Assembly: GCA_037481775.1 (NCBI GenBank)
Contig: JBBFKZ010000009.1
Span: forward strand, 1-64,000
Source of the DNA: Candidatus Bathyarchaeia archaeon
GTDB taxonomy: Archaea > Thermoproteota > Bathyarchaeia > Bathyarchaeales > Bathycorpusculaceae
Length of the DNA stretch: 64,000 nucleotides
Direction: 5' to 3'
In this document: positions 1-11,802 of the stretch, piece by piece
Layout: each line of letters opens with the position of its first letter
Position numbering within the stretch: the first letter of the stretch is position 1
Notes under the pieces: generated by a model
Told to the model about the DNA's origin: nothing
The model's input: the letters and a program-made list of their open reading frames with translations, nothing else
Database searches by the model: none
Translations under genes and position numbers: made by a program

Positions 1-273
1 CAACACAAACATCATTTTCCGCAAAGTTGCACAAATCTCTTGCAGGTCACTTGTCTTGCCCTTATCACAATAAAGCGGAATAGGCTCTCCATCGCCATTC
101 TCATAGTAAACGTAAATCGGCGAAAGACTTTTTCGAAACTTGACCGTTTCAAATCCCAAATTCAAAAGCTTAGCTGTTTTTTCAGCCGCCATCTCGACAG
201 ACTTCAAGCGTTTCCTGCTGTCAGAATCAGCGGGCGCATAAACCAATAATTTTCCAAAATTGGTTTTGAGCAT
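1..273 (-). CDS. Hypothetical protein, 5' part only (runs off the window edge)
   Basis: Manual translation from ATG at 273: MLKTNFGKLLVYAP...PIYVYYENGDGEPIPLYCD...LRKMMFVL, open to base 1; absent from the ORF track because it has no stop in the window. Confidence 0.7.
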   Translation of the reverse strand, partial: MLKTNFGKLLVYAPADSDSRKRLKSVEMAAEKTAKLLNLGFETVKFRKSLSPIYVYYENGDGEPIPLYCDKGKTSDLQEICATLRKMMFVL

Positions 274-428
274 CAGCAGCCACCGTTATTACTTTCAAGA
301 GCAAAAACCCCTTTTAAAACACGTGAACAAAAGACCATTGAATGCAGCAGAGAGGTGAGTTAAAGTGAAAGCTCTTAAACAATAGAAAGCGCCAAATTTT
401 TATAATGCTGACACTTATGGCAGAAGCT

Positions 429-704
429 ATGAAAGTCAGAGCGCACGTGTTTGTAAGCGGCACGGTTCAAGGGGTCTTTTTTAGGTCAGAGACGAAGCGT
501 AAAGCGGACCTCTATGGCGTGAAAGGCTGGGTTCGCAATCTACCGGATGGCAGAGTTGAAGCCGTTTTTGAAGGCGACGAAGAAGCCGTCAAGGCCCTTG
601 TAGAATTCTGCAAACGTGGACCATCAGGCGCGAGAGTTACAAATGTTGATTTAATGTGGGAAACTTTCGCTGGAGAGTTTGTTGGCTTCAAAATAAAATA
701 CTAA
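429..704 (+). CDS. acyP: Acylphosphatase
   Basis: VSGTVQGVFFR and GWVRNLPDGRVE signatures; start moved to ATG of MKVRAHV. Confidence 0.95.
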   Translation: MKVRAHVFVSGTVQGVFFRSETKRKADLYGVKGWVRNLPDGRVEAVFEGDEEAVKALVEFCKRGPSGARVTNVDLMWETFAGEFVGFKIKY

Positions 705-780
705 AGCGCTTGTCGCATAATGCCGAGTTGAAGACATAAATTGAACAAGCTACTATTTCCTCAATACACGAGAGGATTAG

Positions 781-1317
781 ATGCGGGTTCTTGGTTTGGT
801 TGGAAGCCCCAGAAAAGGCGGTAACACAGACTTGCTGGTCAGCAGGATATTGGATGGCGCGGGCGCAAGCAAGCACCTGACTGAAAAGGTGCACCTTTAC
901 GCTTTGAATATTTCGCCTTGCGTTGACTGCAGAAGCTGTCAGAAAGGCAAACTCCAATGTGCAGTTGAGGATGATATGCAAATGCTCTACCAGAAGCTTG
1001 AAGATGCCGATGTGATTATTTTTGGTACGCCATTATACTGGTATGGGCCTACAGGCAAAATGAAGCTCCTAATGGACAGGCTTCGCCCCTTTGTGGCCTC
1101 ACGAAAGTTGAATGGGAAAAAAGCCATAATTGTTGTTCCTTCTGAAGAAGGAGCAGGCGCGTGTGACTGCTTGGTTAGGATGTTTGAGCTTTCATTCGAA
1201 TATTTGGACATCGCGCTGATAGATAAAATGCTGGTTAAAGCCTACGAAAAAGCTGAAGTGAAGGAGCAGCCTGAAACGCTTAACTGCGCGTTTGAAATAG
1301 GAAAAAAATTAAAATAA
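781..1317 (+). CDS. Iron-sulfur flavoprotein / flavodoxin-like NADPH-dependent FMN reductase family
   Basis: GSPRKGGNT, CxxCxxC-x6-C (CVDCRSCQKGKLQC), FGTPLYW. Confidence 0.85.
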   Translation: MRVLGLVGSPRKGGNTDLLVSRILDGAGASKHLTEKVHLYALNISPCVDCRSCQKGKLQCAVEDDMQMLYQKLEDADVIIFGTPLYWYGPTGKMKLLMDRLRPFVASRKLNGKKAIIVVPSEEGAGACDCLVRMFELSFEYLDIALIDKMLVKAYEKAEVKEQPETLNCAFEIGKKLK

Positions 1318-1353
1318 CGTCTATTCCGTTTGACTTTAGCAATGCAGTAGCGG

Positions 1354-1755
1354 TTAAGTCTTTTTCTTATATATCCTGAAGTGCGAGTCACGCCCAGCGC
1401 TTATATATTCGCCGCCCATGCCGCGCACTGTTGAGGCGATTCTCGCAAAGTTTTCAGATCCAAGAAACTGCTTGGGCTTCACTATTATGTAGTCGCCTTT
1501 ATCTTCGAAGTTAAGCATGTTTTCTAAATCTTCTGGAAACGCAATTCGAATGTCTTCTATGCTTTTCTTCTTTTCATGGGCACCAGCAGGCGGAGTAGCT
1601 ACAACTGCTAGTTGAGGCGCTGGCTGCGCTGTTTGCGAACCCATCGTGGATTTCATTGAGGACACCACGGTTCGGAGGTCCTCAGAAATCTTGCCTAAAA
1701 CCACAAGAAGCTCTTCAACTTTTTCTACAAGCTTTTCCAGCTTTTCTTCGCTCAT
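1354..1755 (-). CDS. Hypothetical protein (N-terminal coiled coil, low-complexity linker, small C-terminal domain)
   Basis: ORF track; likely start MSEEKLEK at 1755; heptad-like N-terminus. Confidence 0.7.
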   Translation of the reverse strand: MSEEKLEKLVEKVEELLVVLGKISEDLRTVVSSMKSTMGSQTAQPAPQLAVVATPPAGAHEKKKSIEDIRIAFPEDLENMLNFEDKGDYIIVKPKQFLGSENFARIASTVRGMGGEYISAGRDSHFRIYKKKT

Positions 1756-1855
1756 AATAACGTTCCCTTCAAATCTAAAATACTTAAGGCACTTATTAAT
1801 TATTTGCAACGCCAATAGAATCCGACTTCAGCATGATTGTTTGAGGATGTGAATA

Positions 1856-2899
1856 TTGTTGATTGAGATTGATGGTAGCCAAAAGAGTGGAAGCGGCACA
1901 ATTCTAAGACTCTCGGTAGCCTTAGCCGCTGTTACCAAGCAGCCGTTGCACATTTACAACATCAGGCAGAATAGGCCGCAAGCGGGCTTGATGCCTCAGC
2001 ATTTGGAAGCGGTTTTAACAGCTGCAAAGCTTTGCAGTGCAAAAATAAAGGGTGCCACGCTTGGCTCTAGAGAACTTTGGTTTGAGCCGCAGGAAGTGAG
2101 GGGCGGTGACTTCGAAGCAGAAATAGGAACCGCTGGAAGCATACCTATGCTTTTGCTGGCGGCTCTGCCTATATGCATGTTAGCCAAAGATAAGGTACGC
2201 TTGAATGTGGCAAAAGGCGGCACAGACGTTTCCCACTCGCCTACAATCAATTACATGAGAAACGTGTTCGCGCCAGTGCTCCATCGCATGGGTCTTGACG
2301 TTGCTATCATAGTGCATAAGTATGGCTATTATCCGAAGGGCATGGGCGAAGTAACGATGATCGTAAAGCCCACGAGAAGTCTAACGCCTCTCAGGTTAGA
2401 GGAGTTTGGGCAGATAAAAGGTGTTAAAGGTGTGTCGGTTTGTACTTTTTTGGCGGAGAAAAAGGTGGCAGAGCGCCAAGCCAACGCGGCAAGCGAGTGC
2501 CTCGCGGAAAGGGGCTATGCCGCTGATATTCAAGTTGTAAATGATAAATCGAATCTTTTCCAAAAGGGGAGCTCACTTGTTTTGTGGGCTGAAACGGACA
2601 AGGGTGCAATGATAGGCGCAGACGCCATCGGCGAGCTTAAAAAACCCGGCGAAGCTGTCGGTAGAGAAGCAGCGGAAAAACTTGCAGCAGAGCTTTCCAT
2701 TAAGCCTACGGTGGATGTTTACTTGGCAGATATGCTTATTCCCTACATTGCTGTGGCCAAGGGTGCATCGTGCTTTTTAACCAGAGCCGTTTCTGATCAC
2801 TTGGAAACTAATGTTTGGCTTGCAGAAAAAATATTAGGCGTACGCTTTAGCCTCAAAAAGTATGGCAGCTTATTCAAAATAGAAAAACATGGAAACTGA
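1856..2899 (+). CDS. rtcA: RNA 3'-terminal phosphate cyclase
   Basis: IEIDGS..SGSGTILRLS, GTAGSI, GYYPKGMG, HLETN catalytic His; TTG start. Confidence 0.93.
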   Translation: MLIEIDGSQKSGSGTILRLSVALAAVTKQPLHIYNIRQNRPQAGLMPQHLEAVLTAAKLCSAKIKGATLGSRELWFEPQEVRGGDFEAEIGTAGSIPMLLLAALPICMLAKDKVRLNVAKGGTDVSHSPTINYMRNVFAPVLHRMGLDVAIIVHKYGYYPKGMGEVTMIVKPTRSLTPLRLEEFGQIKGVKGVSVCTFLAEKKVAERQANAASECLAERGYAADIQVVNDKSNLFQKGSSLVLWAETDKGAMIGADAIGELKKPGEAVGREAAEKLAAELSIKPTVDVYLADMLIPYIAVAKGASCFLTRAVSDHLETNVWLAEKILGVRFSLKKYGSLFKIEKHGN

Positions 2900-3974
2900 T
2901 CACATGCCAGAAACAGCATATTGTATTAAAATTGCTAAAGCTAATGGCGAAAAAGCCTTGACGCTAGTAAAACAGCTCGCTATGCTCAACACGCTGCTGG
3001 AGATTCAGAAGGACGATGATTTCATTTACATACCGCTTCTTCGTCAACCAGAAGGGAAAGAGCTGGAAACGCTGAAAGTAGCAACGCTTGGCTTTCAAAT
3101 CATAACCAGGACCTTTACAGAAAAAAATATGCAGAGGAAAACTCTTGTCCAAGCCCTTCAAAAAACTTTGCCCTCGCACTTATTGGCGAAGGTGCCGCGA
3201 GCGCTGGACATAATAGGAGACATAGCCATCGTTGAAATTCCAGCTGAGCTTGAAGCTCATGAAGCGCTGATTGGTGAAGCCATCTTAGCGGTGCATAAAA
3301 ACGTACACACAGTGCTTGCGAAAGCGAGCGCGATCAGCGGCACTTACCGCCTACGTGAGTTCAGAATTATTGCTGGAGAACCAAGGACAACCACTGTCCA
3401 CAAGGAATACGGCTGTAAATACCATGTGGACATTGCGAAAGCGTACTTTTCTCCGCGGCTTTCACGAGAACACCATCGGGTAGCATCACTTGTGAAGAAA
3501 AACGAAGTCGTGATTGATCTATTCGCCGGGGTCGGTCCCTTCGCTGTTCTCATAGCCAAAAATAACTGTGACGTTAAGGTTTACGCTGTAGACATAAATC
3601 CCGAGGCCGTTGAGTTTCTGAAAAGAAACATCAGCCTCAACAGGGTGGAAAGCCGCGTTATCCCTATTTTCGGAGACGCTAGGAAAGTTGTTGAAGAGCG
3701 GCTTACAGGTGTTGCAGATCGAGTGATAATGAATCTTCCTGAAAAAGCCATAGAATACGTGGATGCTGCTTGCAAGTCGCTAAAGCCAGAGGGCGGCATA
3801 GTTCACTTCTACTCGTTTGTTAGCCGCGCAAACTCTATAGAAGACTTAAAGCAACTTGTTTCTGATGCAGTAGCGGCTGTGGGCAGAAAAGTGGATGATT
3901 TCCTTTTTGCATGGGCAGTCCGTGAGACTGCGCCTTATGAGCAGCAGATCGTTTTGGATGTCAAAATCCTCTAG
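2889..3974 (+). CDS. trm5: tRNA (guanine-37-N1) methyltransferase, Trm5/Met-10+ family
   Basis: DIIGDIAI, AYFSPRL..EH.R, DLFAGVGPF, DRVIMNLP; alternative start ATG 2904. Confidence 0.88.
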   Translation: METDHMPETAYCIKIAKANGEKALTLVKQLAMLNTLLEIQKDDDFIYIPLLRQPEGKELETLKVATLGFQIITRTFTEKNMQRKTLVQALQKTLPSHLLAKVPRALDIIGDIAIVEIPAELEAHEALIGEAILAVHKNVHTVLAKASAISGTYRLREFRIIAGEPRTTTVHKEYGCKYHVDIAKAYFSPRLSREHHRVASLVKKNEVVIDLFAGVGPFAVLIAKNNCDVKVYAVDINPEAVEFLKRNISLNRVESRVIPIFGDARKVVEERLTGVADRVIMNLPEKAIEYVDAACKSLKPEGGIVHFYSFVSRANSIEDLKQLVSDAVAAVGRKVDDFLFAWAVRETAPYEQQIVLDVKIL

Positions 3975-4405
3975 GCGCGCGCTATTAGCGTGATTTTCAC
4001 TTTTTGTTGCGGATTCTTCAATTTTTCAATCAACTCTCTAGACAAGTCGCATGCCGCTTTATCTGCGTGAACCGCCAATGTTCGGTTGCATACATAATCG
4101 CTTTTTCTAACCACCAAATCTGATGGGTGGGTTAGAATTAGACTTGGAGAACCTTGAGCGTTAATTTGCTCAGTTATGCCGTCAACTTCAATTGTTATAG
4201 TCAGTTTTGCATTTGTTTTCCGCAGTGTTTCCTTAAATTTAGCGCTTAAATCAGCTAGGGCTCTGTTAGCAGCCACGGCAACTATGCAGTCTCCCCTTTT
4301 AGTTAGGTGCGTGTCCTTTGTAAATTCAAGTGTGGTTTTGTGTGTTGCTTGGATATTTCTGTGGCCATAGCCCACAATTACCTCTCTTACTTCGGAGGCG
4401 TGCAA
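3971..4405 (-). CDS. DUF371 family protein
   Basis: GHRNIQATHKTTLEFTKD..LT.RGDCI signature. Confidence 0.85.
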   Translation of the reverse strand: MHASEVREVIVGYGHRNIQATHKTTLEFTKDTHLTKRGDCIVAVAANRALADLSAKFKETLRKTNAKLTITIEVDGITEQINAQGSPSLILTHPSDLVVRKSDYVCNRTLAVHADKAACDLSRELIEKLKNPQQKVKITLIARA

Positions 4406-4406
4406 T

Positions 4407-5369
4407 CTACTCCATTACCTCGATAGAATCTACTTTTCCGTCTCCGTCCAGATCAAAGCCTTGTATGACGGTTGCAAAGGTTTCTTCGCTACGATACTGC
4501 TGGAGTGTTTTTTTCGAAAAATTAGTTAAAGCTAAAACGCATGCTTTGGTTCCTACTGCTTTGTTTCCAGCTAAAACTATAATACGTTTAGTTGCATCCC
4601 ATGGGTTCACAATTTTGGCTATTACACCTATGGCGTCGGCGGTGTAAACGCGCAAAGTCTTCTCTGACGTCAAGCCGCCAAGCAAGAACCCTTGATCTGA
4701 AGCTTGCATGTTAAACTTGACTGGTAAATAACTGTTGACTTCTTGCGTAAGCAGATTTGTGCCTGGGCCGCCGACGAGAATTAAGTGGTTTTTTTCTTCT
4801 TTTTCAGCTTTTACATCTACATCTAACTTTACGACAAAATCCGCTGGCATCCGGGCGAATTGGCCTAGAAAAAGAGCTAAATGTGCAGCATAGTGTCCAT
4901 CGCGGGCGCTGGTTTTAAAGGGGCCATGTGGAATTGGGCTGCCCACAATTATTTTCCCTTCAAAGACACCCTCGTTGTTGACGTATTCTTTGAAGAATTT
5001 TTGAATCTGCCCATCCACTGGCTGCATGAAATTTTGAATTACCGTGTAACCTTTAGGCAGTTCTATGCCGAAAGCTGAAGAGGCAGTTTTATAGTACTTT
5101 GCTGTGGCGCCTTTCCTCTTTTCTTCCCTCGCTATTTGTATTGCGCCAGCTTTAGCCAGTTTTCTTATATGGTAATAGACCTTTTGCTCGTGAACACCAA
5201 GCTGGCGGGCTATTTCTAGGGAATACATTTCCTTTTCGGAAAGCATCGTCATAATTTTCCAGCTCAGTTTGCCCAAAATCATTTTCAGTTTTTGTGCGTC
5301 TTGTATCATGGTGATTTCTTTTACTTTTTGCGATGAGTCTTCATTTTGGAGCAGTACCTTTTTTTGCAT
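4407..5369 (-). CDS. ArsR-type winged-helix regulator with an extra C-terminal domain
   Basis: EIARQLGVHEQKVYYHIRKLAKAG HTH; C-terminal LILVGGPGTN and DLDGDGKVD. Confidence 0.75.
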   Translation of the reverse strand: MQKKVLLQNEDSSQKVKEITMIQDAQKLKMILGKLSWKIMTMLSEKEMYSLEIARQLGVHEQKVYYHIRKLAKAGAIQIAREEKRKGATAKYYKTASSAFGIELPKGYTVIQNFMQPVDGQIQKFFKEYVNNEGVFEGKIIVGSPIPHGPFKTSARDGHYAAHLALFLGQFARMPADFVVKLDVDVKAEKEEKNHLILVGGPGTNLLTQEVNSYLPVKFNMQASDQGFLLGGLTSEKTLRVYTADAIGVIAKIVNPWDATKRIIVLAGNKAVGTKACVLALTNFSKKTLQQYRSEETFATVIQGFDLDGDGKVDSIEVME

Positions 5370-5601
5370 AATTTCTTTCCAGTTTTAATTCTCTGCATTA
5401 TTATTAAAAATTTTATTATAGTTACCTGCGGTGGGATAACACCTTCCGACTTTAAACAGGGACTTACAAAAGAGCAAGCGAGGAAAACTCCTAAAAAACT
5501 TTTTTTTAACATAGAAAGTTTTCTCCTAAAAATCCTTATTAACAAAAGAAACCTTTGGATAAAGCTCGAAACAACTAAACATACTACTGAGGTCTAAATG
5601 A

Positions 5602-7431
5602 ATGTGCGGAATTTTCGGCTGCATAACAAAAGAAGGAACAGCTGCACCTTTAATACGCAATTCACTAAAACGACTTGAATACCGAGGTTATGACTCCGTA
5701 GGTATAGCCACAATCCAAGACGGAAAAATACACGTAAAAAAGGATCAGGGTAAAATAGATGATGTCCACAAAATCTGGAATCTTGACGATCTGCCAGGTA
5801 ACATAGGCATAGGTCACACTCGATGGGCCACACATGGCGCGCCATTAAAGATAAACGCACACCCACATATAGATTGCACAGGACAAATAGCCGTAGTGCA
5901 TAATGGCATTGTGGAAAATTTTTCTGAATTAAAAATTGAATTGGAAAATAACAATCACACTTTTGTTTCAAAAACAGACACCGAAGTAATAGCGCACCTC
6001 ATTGAAGAAAATCTCAGAAATAAACCTGAACGCGGCTTAGCTAACGCGGTTTTAGAAGCGGTGAGAAGACTTAACGGCTCCTACGCTATCGCGGTAATCT
6101 CCGCAAGTGAGCCGGATAAGATAATATGCGCCAGAAATGAAAGCCCCTTGGTCTTGGGGATAGACAAAAACGCCATTTACTGTGCGTCAGATATACCCGC
6201 GTTTTTGCCTCTAACTAACAAGGCAGTTTTGATAAATGACGGAGAGCTTGTAATTATTTCCGACAAGGGCTACGAAATTAGGAGAATTAGTGATAACAGC
6301 ATAGTCACCAGACAGCCAGAAACAATTGATTGGACACCAGAAATGGCAGTTAAGCAAGGCTATCCCCATTTCATGATTAAAGAGATCCATGAGCAGCCCA
6401 CAACACTCCGCAACACATTGCGGTTGCAGGAGCATTATCTTGATTTAATCGCAACATTCCTCGATCGCGCCCATGAGGTTTTCTTAGTTGCTTGCGGCAC
6501 ATCATATCACGCTTGTTTAGCTGCGTCTTACATGTTCTCAAAACTTGCATTCTTGGCAACTTACCCTGTTTACGCATCAGAATTTATAGAGCAACACGGC
6601 AAATCAGTCAACATAGACAGCACCATTCTAGCAGTAAGCCAGTCAGGCGAAACCGCAGACACGTTAGCAGCAGTCACATGTGCCCAACAACGCGCCGCAA
6701 CAATACTTGGTTTGACAAACGTAATAGGCTCCACCTTAACCCGGGTGTCGCGGGTCTATGTCAGCCAGCAGTCCGGCCCAGAAATTGGCGTGGCAGCCAC
6801 AAAAACCTTCACCTCACAACTGTCAGTTTTAGCTCAACTCGCGCTTAGGCTATCAAAAAAGCGGGGCAAAATTTCCCAAGACGAAATGGATTACATCGAA
6901 GAACAACTGGAAAAGCTGCCTGAAACTGTCAAAACGATAATTCAAACACAAGAGGAAAAAGTCAAGCAACTTGCCAAAAAATACCGCGACGCAGAAATTT
7001 TCTTCTTCCTAGGCCGCGGTATAAGCACAGCCACTGCATATGAAGGACGCCTTAAACTCATGGAGATAGCCTATGTTCCCTCATTGGCTTTTCCTGCAGG
7101 TGAAAGCAAACATGGCCCAATCAGCCTAATTGAACCTGGCTTTCCGGTGATTTTCGTATGTGCAAAAGATGCGACGCATAAGACCTTGATTGGCAACATA
7201 ATGGAGATGAAAGCCAGAGGCGCCTCAATAATTGCGATTATAGAGGAAGATGACGAGGAAATTAAGGCCCTCGCGGATGATTACGTTGAAGTCCCTAAAG
7301 GGATACCAGAAGTTTTATCGCCGATACCTTTCGTAATACCATTACAGCTTCTAGCCTACTACTTGGCAGTTGAGAAAGGGCTAAATCCGGACATGCCACG
7401 AAACCTCGCAAAGTCTGTCACCGTCAAGTAA
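5602..7431 (+). CDS. glmS: Glutamine-fructose-6-phosphate aminotransferase (isomerizing)
   Basis: N-terminal MCGI (Ntn Cys), GHTRWATHG, SQSGETADT, C-terminal PRNLAKSVTV. Confidence 0.98.
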   Translation: MCGIFGCITKEGTAAPLIRNSLKRLEYRGYDSVGIATIQDGKIHVKKDQGKIDDVHKIWNLDDLPGNIGIGHTRWATHGAPLKINAHPHIDCTGQIAVVHNGIVENFSELKIELENNNHTFVSKTDTEVIAHLIEENLRNKPERGLANAVLEAVRRLNGSYAIAVISASEPDKIICARNESPLVLGIDKNAIYCASDIPAFLPLTNKAVLINDGELVIISDKGYEIRRISDNSIVTRQPETIDWTPEMAVKQGYPHFMIKEIHEQPTTLRNTLRLQEHYLDLIATFLDRAHEVFLVACGTSYHACLAASYMFSKLAFLATYPVYASEFIEQHGKSVNIDSTILAVSQSGETADTLAAVTCAQQRAATILGLTNVIGSTLTRVSRVYVSQQSGPEIGVAATKTFTSQLSVLAQLALRLSKKRGKISQDEMDYIEEQLEKLPETVKTIIQTQEEKVKQLAKKYRDAEIFFFLGRGISTATAYEGRLKLMEIAYVPSLAFPAGESKHGPISLIEPGFPVIFVCAKDATHKTLIGNIMEMKARGASIIAIIEEDDEEIKALADDYVEVPKGIPEVLSPIPFVIPLQLLAYYLAVEKGLNPDMPRNLAKSVTVK

Positions 7432-7507
7432 TCTAAACGCAGCCAAAGTTGCGGCATAAATTGGGACTTCAAACCAAAAGTTAAAAAGGCGCCATAAAAC
7501 ACTGCGT

Positions 7508-7563
7508 CATCATATTTGGCGCATATTAGCAATTCAATGCAGAAACCTATAGAGGGGGCTATC
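7508..7563. repeat. Dispersed 55-56 bp intergenic repeat, copy 1
   Basis: CATCATATTTGGCGCATATTAGCAATTCAATGCAGAAACCTATAGAGGGGGCTATC; identical to 52016-52070 except one extra G. Confidence 0.9.
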
Positions 7564-7660
7564 CAGAATCCTCCAAAGTGCTGTGTAACTTCCAAGTGGC
7601 TATAGACTAATTTAAGCAATCCCACTTGGAAACTTCATTCCACATATTTTCCGTCTGCTT

Positions 7661-7673
7661 TAAAGTTTATATA
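7661..7673 (+). promoter_or_regulatory. Candidate BRE/TATA promoter of cdc48
   Basis: TAAAG-TTTATATA about 48 bp upstream of the TTG start; GGAGG Shine-Dalgarno follows. Confidence 0.55.
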
Positions 7674-7720
7674 GGAATAAACCTCTGTTTCAACATGTTG
7701 AGTACTCAGGAGGGTTCTAG

Positions 7721-9892
<2,172 letters not shown>

Positions 9893-9904
9893 GGAGTAAA
9901 AACG

Positions 9905-10135
9905 ATGCCAGCGGCAAAAATTTGGAAGACACGCCCTGCATACTTTGTGGTGCTCGACATACTTAGTAAGAAAGGAGACATGACTGATGATGACTTGTTT
10001 GAACAGTTGAAAGAAGAATTTGAAGACTTAGGTTACAAAGACTTCAACAACATTCTGCTGCGACTGGAAGTCAGCGGCAAAATCCGCAGTACATCCATGT
10101 CTCGCGGAAAGCGGCGTATCGAGCTTATCTCATAA
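9905..10135 (+). CDS. Small winged-helix-like protein in the cdc48 operon
   Basis: 76 aa, SD GGGAG; helix-helix-helix-wing pattern (LLRLEVSGKIRS..RGKRRIEL). Confidence 0.75.
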   Translation: MPAAKIWKTRPAYFVVLDILSKKGDMTDDDLFEQLKEEFEDLGYKDFNNILLRLEVSGKIRSTSMSRGKRRIELIS

Positions 10136-10160
10136 GCTTACCGTGCTCAGCGTGCAATAA

Positions 10161-11384
10161 ATGAAAGAAATGCCCGACGCCGTGGTTGTCGGAGGCGGGC
10201 CTGTCGGCTCCTTTGCCGCTTTGAACCTCGCTAAACTACGCAACAAAGTTATGGTTTTCGAGGAGCATGAAGCGATTGGTCTGCCATCGCACTGCGCAGG
10301 TCACCTGAGCATCCGCAGCTTACGATGCTTAGGGTTATATCCGCTTCCAAGTGCAATTGTTGAGAACACCTTTTCTCAAGCCAACTTTTATTCGCCCGGC
10401 GGCTTCAATTTTTCTGTTAGATTAGCGAAGCCCGTCACATGCGCCGTTAACCGCGAGGCCTTTGATAAGTACCTAGCAAACAAAGCGGAAGCTGCAGGCG
10501 CGTGCTACCGTTTGAACTCCCGTGTGCAATCGCTCGTTGTGGAAGGCGGCATCGTTAAAGGCGTAAATGTTAAGCATGACAATACGCTCGAGAGGGTTCC
10601 AGCTAGAATTGTAGTTGACGCGGAAGGCATCTCCTCTCGACTCTTGCGACAAGCGGGTTTAACAGGATTCAATGGCGAAGGACTTGTTTACGGTGTGGAA
10701 GCAGAAGTGGAAAATGTCAAGGATTTGGAGCTTGACGCAGTTGAAGTATTTTTGGGCAAATCGTATGCGCCAGGCTTCTACGCATGGATTATACCGAAGC
10801 TTGATGGAACTGCCAAGGTTGGGCTTGCAGCAAAAAAAGGCAACCCGAAAATGTTCCTGCAAAGACTCATGCACAAGCATCCAGTGGCTTCAAAAAAACT
10901 CAACAAAGCAAGAATTAACCGCATGGCGTTTCACTCTATAACTCTCGGCGGGCCAATCCGTAGAGCATACACAGATGGCTTCATGGTCGTCGGCGATGCT
11001 GCCTCACAGGTGAAGCCAACCACTGGCGGCGGAGTAATTTTCGGGTTAACATGCGCGCGTATGGCAGCGGAAGTTGCTCATGAAGCTCTCAGAAGAAACG
11101 ATGTATCCTCACGGTTCCTGCAAGCGTATCAGAGACGTTTTACTGAAGCTTTGGGCTTCGATTTCGGCGTTATGCTCAGGTTAAGGCGGTTTCTTGACTC
11201 TCTTTCCGACGAGAAGTTAGATGCGATTCTGCGGTTTTACAAAAGGATAGGATTGAATAAAACATTGAAGGATGTTGAAGAAATAGACTTTCAAGGCAAA
11301 ATGCTTCTCAAAATATCAAATACTCCTGCCACGTTTGCTGCCTTGGCATATCTGCTTAAGCTTTACCTTATAGCAAACCCTTAA
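10161..11384 (+). CDS. Geranylgeranyl reductase family FAD oxidoreductase
   Basis: VVGGGPVGS, PSHCAG, YAWIIP, VGDAASQVKPTTGGG. Confidence 0.88.
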   Translation: MKEMPDAVVVGGGPVGSFAALNLAKLRNKVMVFEEHEAIGLPSHCAGHLSIRSLRCLGLYPLPSAIVENTFSQANFYSPGGFNFSVRLAKPVTCAVNREAFDKYLANKAEAAGACYRLNSRVQSLVVEGGIVKGVNVKHDNTLERVPARIVVDAEGISSRLLRQAGLTGFNGEGLVYGVEAEVENVKDLELDAVEVFLGKSYAPGFYAWIIPKLDGTAKVGLAAKKGNPKMFLQRLMHKHPVASKKLNKARINRMAFHSITLGGPIRRAYTDGFMVVGDAASQVKPTTGGGVIFGLTCARMAAEVAHEALRRNDVSSRFLQAYQRRFTEALGFDFGVMLRLRRFLDSLSDEKLDAILRFYKRIGLNKTLKDVEEIDFQGKMLLKISNTPATFAALAYLLKLYLIANP

Positions 11385-11429
11385 AGGCTTAAGAATACAA
11401 CCGTTTAGAAGGCGCCGGAGAAAAGTGTG

Positions 11430-11792
11430 ATGAGCGAATCCAAGTACAAGCAAGTTCTCGTTTTCCGCAGCGATTTGAAACTTAGTAAGGGGAAAATTGC
11501 GGCACAAGCAGGGCATGCAGCGGTTTCCGCAGCACAAGAAGCATATAAACGCCACAGAGAGTGGTGGGAAGCATGGTTGTTTGAGGGACAGCGTAAAGTA
11601 GCCGTTAAAGTGAAGAATGAACAGGAGCTTTTAACGCTCAAAAATCAAGCCGAAGATTTAGATTTACCCCACGCTCTAATCGTTGACAGCGGCCTAACCG
11701 AGATCCCGCCTGGCACAATCACCTGCCTAGGAATTGGTCCGGCGCCAGCGGAGAAAATTGACCGTTTAACAGGCAAGCTTCCTCTCCTGTAG
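11430..11792 (+). CDS. pth2: Peptidyl-tRNA hydrolase Pth2
   Basis: GKIAAQAGHA, GQRKVAVK, DSGLTEIPPGT..CLGIGP. Confidence 0.96.
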   Translation: MSESKYKQVLVFRSDLKLSKGKIAAQAGHAAVSAAQEAYKRHREWWEAWLFEGQRKVAVKVKNEQELLTLKNQAEDLDLPHALIVDSGLTEIPPGTITCLGIGPAPAEKIDRLTGKLPLL

Positions 11793-11802
11793 ATGAAGCC
11801 GC

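Noticed and set aside
5370-5601. glmS ribozyme
   Set aside because: The leader is AT-rich and promoter-like with no recognisable ribozyme core or stable stems.
7380-7600. Tn7-like insertion at the glmS 3' end (attTn7), since repeat copy 1 lies just downstream
   Set aside because: No tns genes, no TGT-initiated end with repeated TnsB sites, no target duplication, and the repeat starts 76 bp past the stop.
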